From Dehalococcoidia bacterium (GTDB lineage Bacteria; Chloroflexota; Dehalococcoidia; Lucifugimonadales; Australimonadaceae), in contig JAKUPZ010000006.1 in the NCBI GenBank assembly GCA_022449765.1, positions 16,897-80,896 on the forward strand: a stretch of DNA of 64,000 nucleotides. The letters are read 5' to 3'. The position numbers were made by a program, and so were the translations under genes. Positions 9,166 to 18,185 of this stretch are shown here, one piece after another (the stretch's first letter is position 1; each line of letters opens with the position of its first letter). The notes beneath the pieces are model-generated. The model did no database searches. It was not told the origin of the DNA and was given only the letters and a program-made list of their open reading frames with translations.

Positions 9166-11030
9166 TGATGAATACCGGTGGTGGTGGCAACTTCCTTATG
9201 CGTGCCCAAAAAGGTGATATTGACGACGAAGGCACGCGTCTATATGACCAACGAGTAGTCATACGATTGATTAAATACCTTGCTCCTTACAAATTGAGCG
9301 TTTTCATAAGTATGCTAGGAGTAATTGTTTACACACTTGCCACAATAGCTATACCCGCGATAGTTGCAATCGGAATCGACAGGTATGTTGAAACAAAGAA
9401 TGTTGATGGCCTCAATAATCTGATAATCATTTTCGGGTTTGTGCTAGTAATTCACTACATCTCAAACTATAGCCACCAAATCATCCTCGCGAAAATCAGC
9501 CAGCGTGTAATTTACGATCTAAGGACCGATTTATTTACGCACCTACAGCGACTACCTATGTCATTCCATAACAGAAACAAAGTAGGCTCTGTAATGTCTC
9601 GTGCACAGAATGATGTATATCAACTACAAGAATTTTTAGACATTATCGTATTAAGCATTGCAGATTTGCTTAGCCTTATAGGAATAATTGGATTCATGGT
9701 TGCAACCGACTGGAAATTATCCTTATGGTCGTTTGTTACGCTGCCAATTTTGATTTGGGTAATCTGGGTGTGGCAAAACCATGCAAGGCCTGCATTTTTA
9801 CGAGTCCGAATAGCAATTTCAAACGTCAATGCTTCCCTAGCCGAGAACCTTGACGGGGTTCGTGTGGTTCAAAGCATGAATAGGCAAATTAAGAATCTTG
9901 CAACCTTCAATGACGTTAATAGGTATCACTTAGATACTAATCTACGAGCACAAAGGCTTTCCTCTTCTTTAATGCCAGCCGTCGAAATGTTCATGTCATT
10001 TGGCCTGGCAGCTACCATTATTGTTGGAGGGAGACTAGTTCTCGCAGGATCTTTAGGTGCAGGACAACTAATCCAATTCACCTTATACATCCAACGATTT
10101 TTCGACCCTATCCGCAGCCTCACACAGCAATTTACACAACTACAAAGAGCAATGGCTTCTGGGTCTCGTATTTTTGATCTACTAGATGTCGAACCGGAAC
10201 TAAAGGATATTGAAGGCGCAAAGCCAATGCCTAAGATAAAAGGGGCTATTACCTATAGAAACACTTCATTTGCATATGAAGAAGACAAGCCGGTTCTACA
10301 CAACATTAATTTAGAAATTAACCCGGGCGAAACAGTTGCTCTTGTCGGTCGCACAGGAGCAGGCAAAACAACAATGGCCGCTTTAATATCAAGGTTCTAT
10401 GACGTCACGGCAGGTTCCATTGAGATAGATAACGTTGATATCCGCTCAGTGACACGGAACTCACTCGCCAAGCAAATGGGTATCGTCCTTCAGGAACCGT
10501 TCCAATTTTCAGGGACAATTTTAGAAAACATTCGCTACAACCACCCTGAAGCATCTGATGAAACGGTAGTTAACGCTGCTAAAGCCGTAGGAATTCATCA
10601 TCACATAGCAAGTTTGCCCCAAGGTTATGATTCAATGATGGAAGAAAGAGGCGGGAATATGAGCTTAGGACAACGTCAGCTCATCAGCTTTGCAAGGGCA
10701 TTAGTCGCAGATCCTCAAATAATAATACTGGATGAAGCTACAGCAAGCGTAGACACCCAAACAGAGCAACTCATTCAAACTGCAATGAAAACACTACTTA
10801 GCGGCCGAACCGCAGTGGTTATTGCACACCGGCTATCCACAATTAGGAATGCTGACCAAATAGTAGTAATGGATAAAGGGGAAATAGTCGAATTAGGGAA
10901 TCATGACAGCCTAATTGAATTAAATGGTCTGTATGCACAGCAGCATGAATTGCATGCGAGGATTAGTGCAAAAGGTATTCGCAGAGAAGATGCCCCCGCA
11001 AATGAATTTGATGAATCCTTAGATAACTAA
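9162..11030 (+). CDS. ABC exporter, fused permease and ATPase (partner half-transporter)
   Basis: It overlaps the upstream gene by ATGA. It has Walker A GRTGAGKTT, a degenerate signature MSLGQRQL and Walker B IIILDE. This fits a heterodimeric exporter pair. Confidence 0.85.
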   Translation: MMMNTGGGGNFLMRAQKGDIDDEGTRLYDQRVVIRLIKYLAPYKLSVFISMLGVIVYTLATIAIPAIVAIGIDRYVETKNVDGLNNLIIIFGFVLVIHYISNYSHQIILAKISQRVIYDLRTDLFTHLQRLPMSFHNRNKVGSVMSRAQNDVYQLQEFLDIIVLSIADLLSLIGIIGFMVATDWKLSLWSFVTLPILIWVIWVWQNHARPAFLRVRIAISNVNASLAENLDGVRVVQSMNRQIKNLATFNDVNRYHLDTNLRAQRLSSSLMPAVEMFMSFGLAATIIVGGRLVLAGSLGAGQLIQFTLYIQRFFDPIRSLTQQFTQLQRAMASGSRIFDLLDVEPELKDIEGAKPMPKIKGAITYRNTSFAYEEDKPVLHNINLEINPGETVALVGRTGAGKTTMAALISRFYDVTAGSIEIDNVDIRSVTRNSLAKQMGIVLQEPFQFSGTILENIRYNHPEASDETVVNAAKAVGIHHHIASLPQGYDSMMEERGGNMSLGQRQLISFARALVADPQIIILDEATASVDTQTEQLIQTAMKTLLSGRTAVVIAHRLSTIRNADQIVVMDKGEIVELGNHDSLIELNGLYAQQHELHARISAKGIRREDAPANEFDESLDN

Positions 11031-12382
11031 TTATTACCTAATTCGGGTGGGCATAGCTGTGCACCCAAAGTCTCCTCAATCCATTTGCTAACCCGCAGTA
11101 ATTTTGATTCATCAAACGGAGCACAAGATAATTGCGCTCCTACTGGCAAACCTTCACCTGACAAACCTATCGGTACAGAAATACTAGGGAATCCTGTAAA
11201 GCTCCATAGGCTTTGGAATCTTGTGTCTCCGGTCTGGGTTCTATCTTTTGGTGGCGGGGCAGAAACAGAAGGCATCAAAAGCGCATCAACATTTTTCACG
11301 GCTGAGGCGGCAAGTCTTTGCACTTTTATTCGATATTCAGAGGCTTCTACGTACTCCATTGCCGTGTGTGAAAATCCGTTCTCCAAATAGACACTAATTT
11401 TAGGACCGTAGAGGTTCTGATTCTCGATGTATAAAGGCTGATGCCATAGGGCCATTTCGGATTCTTGCATTAGGCGATGTGCTGCATATGCCCTTGGATA
11501 ATCAATACCTAAGTCTACTTCCTCTATTATTGCGCCAGCTTTCGCATCCTTTTGGGCGGTTTGTTCAATCGATACCCGGGTACCTGAGTCTGCCTCCTCA
11601 AAAAACCATCCTCTTAACAATCCGATTGTTGGAGAGCGAGGTACATCGATGATAGATTTCAAATAATTGTCCACAGGCATTTTCTGGGAGTAAGGATCAT
11701 GAGGATCAAAACCCGCAAATACATTCAGTAGAAGAGCCATATCATCTACAGTGCGGGCTAAAAACCCCACGTGGTCAAATGAGGTGGCCATTGGAATTAC
11801 ACCTAAGCGAGATATGCGTCCAAATGTTGGTTTAAACCCAACAATGCCGTTATATGCTGCTGGCCTCAACACTGAGCCTACTGTTTGGGTACCAAATGCC
11901 CATGGCACCATGCGTGCAGCTACGGCAACACCCGAGCCAGTGCTTGAGCCTCCAGGAGTATGCTCCATATTCCAAGGATTAAACGAGGGTGCGGGGTCAC
12001 CATCAGCAAATTCAGTAGTGTGCGTTTTTCCCAGAAGAATCGCCCCCGCTTCTTGCGCAATCTTTATGCAAGAAGCATCTTCTCCTGGAATACGATCAGC
12101 AAATATGCGTGAACCAGCTGCAGTCTTGATTCCGGCAGTATCAAATATGTCTTTTGCACCATAAGGCACACCCTCAAGAGCTCCTCTGCCTGAGGCTTTT
12201 TTATCAGACTTCGAGGCTAATGATAAAGACTCTTCAAATAGTAACGTTGCCCAAGCTTGAAAAGATGGTTCTGTCTTCTCTATACGCCGATGAATAGACT
12301 GCATAAGCTCTACAGCGGAAAGTCGCCGGGAGGCTATCTCTTCTACAGCCTCAGTTAAACTCAGTTCGTATGGCTCTGGCAT
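11027..12382 (-). CDS. amidase-signature family amidase (GatA-like fold)
   Basis: 451 aa with the amidase signature region GGSSTGSGVAVAA and KD...TAAGS. Confidence 0.8.
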   Translation of the reverse strand: MPEPYELSLTEAVEEIASRRLSAVELMQSIHRRIEKTEPSFQAWATLLFEESLSLASKSDKKASGRGALEGVPYGAKDIFDTAGIKTAAGSRIFADRIPGEDASCIKIAQEAGAILLGKTHTTEFADGDPAPSFNPWNMEHTPGGSSTGSGVAVAARMVPWAFGTQTVGSVLRPAAYNGIVGFKPTFGRISRLGVIPMATSFDHVGFLARTVDDMALLLNVFAGFDPHDPYSQKMPVDNYLKSIIDVPRSPTIGLLRGWFFEEADSGTRVSIEQTAQKDAKAGAIIEEVDLGIDYPRAYAAHRLMQESEMALWHQPLYIENQNLYGPKISVYLENGFSHTAMEYVEASEYRIKVQRLAASAVKNVDALLMPSVSAPPPKDRTQTGDTRFQSLWSFTGFPSISVPIGLSGEGLPVGAQLSCAPFDESKLLRVSKWIEETLGAQLCPPELGNN

Positions 12383-12385
12383 TAC

Positions 12386-12520
12386 TTAACGAGCGCGCTT
12401 AGTAAATCCAAATCGTATACGTTTGCCATTCCGAGTTTCGTCCTGCTTATTCATACGTTCAACAAACTGCTCGGTTGTTTCTACCGGTTTCTGCTTTTTT
12501 TCTTTTTTAATACGTGGCAA
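12386..12520 (-). CDS. possible 44-aa highly basic small protein (TTG start), not in the ORF track
   Basis: The minus-strand translation is MPRIKKEKKQKPVETTEQFVERMNKQDETRNGKRIRFGFTKRAR. AAAGG lies 7 nt upstream of the TTG. Its TAA stop lies 3 nt before the amidase ATG. Confidence 0.3.
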   Translation of the reverse strand: MPRIKKEKKQKPVETTEQFVERMNKQDETRNGKRIRFGFTKRAR

Positions 12521-12573
12521 AGTTCTGACCTTTTATTTGATTAAGTGATTATACCAGCTAACTAGGAATTTAA

Positions 12574-13194
12574 TTATATCGGAAAATGGCCAACTTCATT
12601 CCAATTGATCATGACATTACCTGTGCGTCTACAGCTTAAGCGTGTGATACTACCAGAGCCCAATCCTGTCAAAGACCAATACGCTTGGTCATTTAACCCT
12701 AATAACTTCACAACTAACGCTCGTAAAGCAGCCCCATGGCCAACAATTAATACATCGTCCTTAGCATGGTTTAATTGCAAGAAATCAGCAAACTTGGATA
12801 AACGATTCAGCAGATCCCGATATGACTCTCCTTTTGGAGGTGCGTAGTCAAGGTTCCGTTGGTCTTGATGTAGCCTTAATCCTTGGTCACTTGAAGACAT
12901 TTCCTCCCAAGTCATACCCTCAAAATCACCGAATGATACTTCCCGCAACATGGGGTCAATGCGTACTTCGGGTGGATTTGTCTTGCTGCCTGCGATTATT
13001 ATTTCTGCTGTTTCGGTAGCACGAACCAAATCACTAGAATAAATAAAATCGAAATGAACTAACGCAAGTCTTTTTGCAGTGAATTGCAATGCGTTACGAC
13101 CGGGCTCGTGAAGAGGAATATCAGTGTGCCCTTGCACACGACGCTCTGCATTCCATTTCGTTTCTCCATGCCTAACAAAATACCACTCAGCCAT
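12574..13194 (-). CDS. histidine phosphatase family protein (second paralogue)
   Basis: It has the VRHGETKWN RHG motif and a downstream VGHGAALR. Confidence 0.75.
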   Translation of the reverse strand: MAEWYFVRHGETKWNAERRVQGHTDIPLHEPGRNALQFTAKRLALVHFDFIYSSDLVRATETAEIIIAGSKTNPPEVRIDPMLREVSFGDFEGMTWEEMSSSDQGLRLHQDQRNLDYAPPKGESYRDLLNRLSKFADFLQLNHAKDDVLIVGHGAALRALVVKLLGLNDQAYWSLTGLGSGSITRLSCRRTGNVMINWNEVGHFPI

Positions 13195-13196
13195 AA

Positions 13197-14189
13197 TTAC
13201 TTTGCTAAAGTCCTAGGAGTAGGTTCACTGTTATCAATTATGGCATTGCTACCGTCCCACCACGAAGTGAGGTTATCTAATTCATCAATTTCACTAGTAG
13301 ATAATTTCCAATCGAGTGCTCGCAAGTTTTTTTCAACATGCTCTGGCTGATCAAATCCAGTTAGTGTAACTGCGACTTCATGGTGTGAAATAACCCATGC
13401 AAGTGCCAATTCATACAGTGAATGCCCTCTCTGATGAGCGAATTCTTCTAATACTGGAACCAATCGATCAACTCTCTCGGATCGCATTCTAGTCACTATA
13501 CCTGTAGGGACTTTGGCTGCTCGACTGCCGACTGGGTATGGCTTTCCAGGTTCATATATACCAGTGAGCCATCCCCCTCCTAGAGGGAAATACGCCAACA
13601 ATGACTTCCCATGTTCTCTGCAAAAAGGTATCAATTCTAATTCCGGGTGACGATGGAGCAAACTGTAGTGATTTTGACTTGATTCAAACTCTGGCAATTT
13701 ATTTTGCCTCGAAAATTGAAGCTCTTCAAGCCATCTCCAAGAATATGTATTGCAGTTACCTAGGTATCGAACTTTACCTTCCTCAACCAATTCATTTAAG
13801 GGCCCAAGAAGTTCGTCATGTGGGACATCTGGTGTGGAAAAGTGGACCTGAAATAGATCAAGGTAATCCGTTCTAAGCTTTGTAAGTGCCTCTTCGCAAC
13901 GGTCATAGATCCTTTGGCGTGGTGACTTGCCTTCGAGGTTATTCAAATTGAATTTCGAAGAGAGGATAATGTTCTTCCTGAATCCTTGAACTGCTTTCCC
14001 CAAGAATATTTCGCTCTGCCCTTGGCCGTATACGTCAGATGTGTCAAAAAAATTAATACCCATTTCATACGCTTTTTCAATAACCTGCGCAGATTGAACT
14101 TGATCTAGCAATGGGGGACCAAACGGGTAACCTCCAGTGCCAATAACTGAAGCCTTTAAATCAGTTTGGCCGATTTTTCTATATTCCAT
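13197..14189 (-). CDS. aldo/keto reductase
   Basis: The AKR pattern is MEYRKIGQTDLKASVIGTG...FFDTSDVYGQGQSE...LDLFQVH. I prefer the Met at 14189, which lies 1 nt after the upstream stop, over the track start at 14225. Confidence 0.8.
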   Translation of the reverse strand: MEYRKIGQTDLKASVIGTGGYPFGPPLLDQVQSAQVIEKAYEMGINFFDTSDVYGQGQSEIFLGKAVQGFRKNIILSSKFNLNNLEGKSPRQRIYDRCEEALTKLRTDYLDLFQVHFSTPDVPHDELLGPLNELVEEGKVRYLGNCNTYSWRWLEELQFSRQNKLPEFESSQNHYSLLHRHPELELIPFCREHGKSLLAYFPLGGGWLTGIYEPGKPYPVGSRAAKVPTGIVTRMRSERVDRLVPVLEEFAHQRGHSLYELALAWVISHHEVAVTLTGFDQPEHVEKNLRALDWKLSTSEIDELDNLTSWWDGSNAIIDNSEPTPRTLAK

Positions 14190-14190
14190 A

Positions 14191-15684
14191 TTAATCCAAC
14201 CTTTGAGTAGATCCTGGAAAAACAAGAGACTTGATTACAACTGGAACTGCACCAGAAGATTGTATAAGTTCACCAATGTCAATGTAATCAAATTCTCTCA
14301 GTTCAAGCCCGTCTATTGAAATAACCGGGTTTGGAAATTGGACTTCTTCAACCAGATGCAGACCTAGTAGTCCGCCAATGTCCCCATCACTTATTAAAAC
14401 AATAGGGTTGCCGTTACTGACTACTTCTTGCATCCCATTCACTACTCCTCGAGTGAAGTCATTCAACCTTGCGAATGTAGCAGAGCCTTTCCAAGCAAAG
14501 CTTATTGCGATTGGAGTGCTTGAGCTAAGCAAATCCAAACGAGCAAGTGCGACTTTGGTCAATTCAGAAATCGAATTGCGATCGATCTCTTCATCAGCTT
14601 GCAATCCATAATCCGGCGTCATAACAGGAACATTCCTTATGGGCACTGCATCAAGTGGAGAGATCAATATTGTGCTACCGCTAACTTGAACTGTGTACTG
14701 CGACGCGCCCACTACAGTAGCTCTAATCCCCGCATTGGGAACCATAATCATCGCCCCAAGTTCCGCTATCTCTTTGCGAACTGCAGACGCTATCAATGAA
14801 CCCAAATCTCCAAAATTAGATGTCTCTCTCCCATAGATGAATTCAGATACACCTCCAGAAAAAATTACTGTGTCAATTTTTCCTTCAAACGTTAACTCTG
14901 GTAGACGTAATAATTTTTTCGTTTCTTCAGAAACACCTCTCAGCGAAATTACTTCCCTCAAGCGATCCATCATTTTTGCAACAATTATCTCTCGCTGTTC
15001 TAATGAAATCGCTGTGCCAATTGCAATTTCAACACCGGCTTCTTTTGCAAAAAATTTGCCGGCCTCTTCAATTCGTGTGATAGAACCATCCTCATCAAAA
15101 GCTAGGATGCGTGCACCAACATCTATTGCTGTAACTTCTAATGCCTTTCCGTTTCGGCAAATAGTGATTTTGCTAGTCCCTCCACCAATATCTATGTTCA
15201 TAACTACGCCAGATGTTTTCTCAGACTCCTCCACTGCACCAGAGCCATGTGCAGCCATAGTTGCTTCCAGTCCGTCTCCCGCGCTGACTGCCACAAATTT
15301 CCCTGCTTCTTCAGCAAAAATTTCTGCAATTGAACGTGCATTATGTCGCTGGACTGCAACTCCAGTCAGAATTAATGCCCCAGTATCAATCTGGTCTCGC
15401 TTCAAATTGGCAAGGACATATTGCGAATTAATAAATTCTCCTAAGGCATGCGCGTCGATAGTCGTGCCGTCTTCGGTATATGGAGTAAGTAATATTTCTG
15501 ACTCTCGTAAAATCGTACGCTTTACAATCACGTACCTAGTATTTCTTCTTTCTAGTTCAAGTTCAGAAAAAACCAAATGTGAAGTAGAAGAGCCAATATC
15601 AACTCCTACGCTAATAAGGTGGAGTTCTTCTTCACCAATAAATGAACGTTCGGTTCCCGTAAACCCTCCAAGTGGCTGGGTCAT
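14191..15684 (-). CDS. EutA-like ASKHA-fold ATPase (ethanolamine ammonia-lyase reactivase family)
   Basis: 497 aa. It is collinear with EutA: ISVGVDIGSSTSHLVFS, ILTGVAV..NAR, NIDIGGGTSK, FSGGVSE, ATVVGASQYTVQVSGSTI and a C-terminal VPVVIKSLVFP. Confidence 0.7.
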   Translation of the reverse strand: MTQPLGGFTGTERSFIGEEELHLISVGVDIGSSTSHLVFSELELERRNTRYVIVKRTILRESEILLTPYTEDGTTIDAHALGEFINSQYVLANLKRDQIDTGALILTGVAVQRHNARSIAEIFAEEAGKFVAVSAGDGLEATMAAHGSGAVEESEKTSGVVMNIDIGGGTSKITICRNGKALEVTAIDVGARILAFDEDGSITRIEEAGKFFAKEAGVEIAIGTAISLEQREIIVAKMMDRLREVISLRGVSEETKKLLRLPELTFEGKIDTVIFSGGVSEFIYGRETSNFGDLGSLIASAVRKEIAELGAMIMVPNAGIRATVVGASQYTVQVSGSTILISPLDAVPIRNVPVMTPDYGLQADEEIDRNSISELTKVALARLDLLSSSTPIAISFAWKGSATFARLNDFTRGVVNGMQEVVSNGNPIVLISDGDIGGLLGLHLVEEVQFPNPVISIDGLELREFDYIDIGELIQSSGAVPVVIKSLVFPGSTQRLD

Positions 15685-15831
15685 ATTCCTCCAAAATAAT
15701 ATCTTGCTTATTTGCTTCTAAATCTTACGCTATCTGGTGAGAAATGATGATACATAAGGTTGACAGTGAGCCTACTGCTAAATATTGTTCATAGAATAAT
15801 AAAGTCCCGATTAACAGGAGGCTCAATAGTT

Positions 15832-17049
15832 ATGCGACTTATCACTCCATTTCTGGTGCTAGCCGCAACCATGCTGGTACTGGTTGGATGCGGTGGAGAC
15901 GATCCAACGCCCACTCCAGCACCTGCTAAAGCTGCACCCGCTGCAGCAGTGGCCACACCTACACCCGCCCCTGCACCAACACCTACACCTCGAGGAGTGG
16001 TACGTAAGCCTGCTGCTACACCCACACCTACGAAAGCCTTTGATGCGGAGGCACATTTCAAAGGACAGCGTGTGGTGATTAACGTAGGGTTCTCGCCTGG
16101 TGGAGGATATGACACCTTCGCCCGCCTAATGGGTAGATATTTACCAAAGCACTTACCTGGAAACCCTTCATTTGTGGTCCGGAATATACCGGGAGCAGGA
16201 GGGGAAAGAATATTTCGTGAGACACTTGCGGATTCAGCCCCTGACGGATTTGCCGTTGGTGTTGCACATCCAAGATTTTTCAAACGAGAATTAGTTGGAA
16301 CTGACGTACCCAACTTAGATATCAATACTGTGAAAATCCTTGGAACAGCGTCAGCAGTATCGGTAGTTAACGCAATGTACGCCTTTAAAGATTACGCCCA
16401 AAGCTGGGAAGACGTATTAGCAAAAGGATCTCCTGCTAAGGTTGGAGCTACTGCCCCTGGAGATACTGGTGGAGTGGGAGCATCTTTCGTTGAGTTAGTC
16501 GGAGGTCCCATCAAAAACGTATATGGGTACGGCGGGACATCTGAAATAGCCGCAGCCTTTGACCGCAGGGAAATCGACCTATCATCTAGAGGGGACCCTG
16601 ACACAGCTAAAAGCTTATTCCCCCGATGGGTTGAAGAAAAGAAAATTGTTCCAGTATTCCGATGGGGAACAGAGCCTGAAAACGACGCAGAATTCACGAA
16701 TTATGTCCAAAACGAACTTGGTGCTAGTATTCCACCTCATTTATTTGACGTGATTGAACTCTCTGATGCACAAAAGGCCTTGTTCAACGTAACAGAAACA
16801 ATAAATGACAAGATGAACAGGCTATTTATAATGCATCCTGATACTCCAGAGGATCTGTATAGGATCTGGGTTGATGCATTCAAAGCTACAGCTGCAGACC
16901 CAGAGTTTTTAGCAGCTGCCAAACTGCTGGGTAGAGAAGTAGGGTATGCGGGACCAGACGAGATGAAAACGATACTTGCTCAAGGTACCGAAGCGCTTAA
17001 AGACCCTGTACTACGTGAAGGATTTATTTCCCTTGCGGGAGTGAAATAA
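15832..17049 (+). CDS. TctC/Bug-like periplasmic solute-binding lipoprotein with a long Pro/Ala/Thr linker
   Basis: AGGAGG lies 10 nt upstream of the ATG at 15832. It has the lipobox LVLVGCGG and a PTPAP-rich linker. The Bug/TctC motif is GFSPGGGYDTFARL...VRNIPGAGG. Confidence 0.65.
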   Translation: MRLITPFLVLAATMLVLVGCGGDDPTPTPAPAKAAPAAAVATPTPAPAPTPTPRGVVRKPAATPTPTKAFDAEAHFKGQRVVINVGFSPGGGYDTFARLMGRYLPKHLPGNPSFVVRNIPGAGGERIFRETLADSAPDGFAVGVAHPRFFKRELVGTDVPNLDINTVKILGTASAVSVVNAMYAFKDYAQSWEDVLAKGSPAKVGATAPGDTGGVGASFVELVGGPIKNVYGYGGTSEIAAAFDRREIDLSSRGDPDTAKSLFPRWVEEKKIVPVFRWGTEPENDAEFTNYVQNELGASIPPHLFDVIELSDAQKALFNVTETINDKMNRLFIMHPDTPEDLYRIWVDAFKATAADPEFLAAAKLLGREVGYAGPDEMKTILAQGTEALKDPVLREGFISLAGVK

Positions 17050-17058
17050 GACAAACAA

Positions 17059-17096
17059 GAAGGGCTCCTCAAAATGAGGAGCCCTTCTGTTATTTA
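17059..17096. terminator. rho-independent terminator between convergent genes
   Basis: The hairpin GAAGGGCTCCTC-AAAAT-GAGGAGCCCTTC is followed by TGTTATTT. Confidence 0.7.
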
Positions 17097-17110
17097 TACA
17101 ACCACTTAAG

Positions 17111-17551
17111 TTAATTCAAAGTAGCCTGCACACTTAATTCTACGTTTCCTTTTAGAGCGCCCGATATCGGGCAGCCATCTTTTGCCGCTTCTGCAGCTGC
17201 TTCAAAACCAGCTTGATCAAGACCAGGTACAGTCCCAATCACTTTTAGATCACTACAGCAAACTTTCCATCCACCTTCAATTTGCTCAAATGTAACCGTG
17301 GCATCAACCTCGAGCTTGGAAGGTGGTGTACCCGCCCTCCCTAAGCCGGCAGAAAGCGCCATTGAAAAGCAGCTTGCATGAGCAGCTGCAACAAGCTCTT
17401 CAGGGCTTGTGCTGCCACCAGGCTCTTCAGTCCTTGCTTTCCAAGACACTGAAAGTTGGTCAAATGCACCTGAAGTAGATGCAGTCACCACTCCTTTTCC
17501 TGATAATAAATCTCCATCCCAAACTGCATGCGCAGAACGTGTTGCTGCCAT
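17111..17551 (-). CDS. osmC: OsmC-family peroxiredoxin
   Basis: It is collinear with OsmC: AHAVWDGDLLSGKG...NPEELVAAAHASCFSMALS...KDGCPIS. Confidence 0.85.
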   Translation of the reverse strand: MAATRSAHAVWDGDLLSGKGVVTASTSGAFDQLSVSWKARTEEPGGSTSPEELVAAAHASCFSMALSAGLGRAGTPPSKLEVDATVTFEQIEGGWKVCCSDLKVIGTVPGLDQAGFEAAAEAAKDGCPISGALKGNVELSVQATLN

Positions 17552-17630
17552 ATTCCCTCCAAAAAATTAATATTCAACTGACCTGTAGAAGTATCATTTG
17601 CAATACACCAAAAGGTCAAACGCTGGTAGT

Positions 17631-18170
17631 TTACTGGTTCTTTTGCAAAAGGTGTGAGTATTCCTTGAATAGCTTCTCAACTTTTGGTGAAATAACAATT
17701 TGGCAATAAGGTTGAGAAAAATTCATTTGGAAATACTGTTGATGGTAATCCTCAGCAGGGAAAAATTTGTTTAGCGGAGCCACATCAGTAACTATTGGTG
17801 CTGGCCACCATTTTTCATCTGTTACCCGTTTAATAGCGTCTAGTGCCAACTGCTTCTGCGATTCAGTCTCGTAAAAAACTGCCGATCTATACTGAGTACC
17901 AACATCTGCACCTTGCCGATTCAATGTAGTTGGGTCATGAAATGCAAAAAAAAGATCAATCACAGTTTGATCTGAAATCAAACTGTCCTCATAAGTAATC
18001 TGTATTGCTTCAGCGTGGCCAGTGTTGCCAGTACAAACCATTTGATAAGTGGGTTGATCTACATCTCCACCGCAGTAGCCCGACACTACTTGTTCAACCC
18101 CATTGAGTCGCTCGTAAACAGCCTCCAAGCACCAAAAACATCCACCTGCTAAAGTAATTTTTGACTTCAT
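17631..18170 (-). CDS. msrA: peptide-methionine (S)-S-oxide reductase
   Basis: It has the GGCFWC catalytic motif, GYCGG, and HDPTTLNRQG.D.G.QYRS. Confidence 0.9.
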   Translation of the reverse strand: MKSKITLAGGCFWCLEAVYERLNGVEQVVSGYCGGDVDQPTYQMVCTGNTGHAEAIQITYEDSLISDQTVIDLFFAFHDPTTLNRQGADVGTQYRSAVFYETESQKQLALDAIKRVTDEKWWPAPIVTDVAPLNKFFPAEDYHQQYFQMNFSQPYCQIVISPKVEKLFKEYSHLLQKNQ

Positions 18171-18185
18171 GATTCCTTTTATCCC

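Noticed and set aside
14837-15721. A 294-aa plus-strand ORF antisense to the EutA-like gene.
   Set aside because: It has a Ser/Pro/Ile-rich low-complexity translation and fully shadows a gene with clear family collinearity. This is a typical mirror ORF.
15789-16325. Several ORFs on both strands over the 5' part of the binding-protein gene (15789..16325, 15859..16056, 15884..16078, 16079..16273).
   Set aside because: They are artefacts of the stop-poor GC-rich Pro/Ala/Thr linker codons. Only the plus frame continues into a recognisable TctC/Bug domain.
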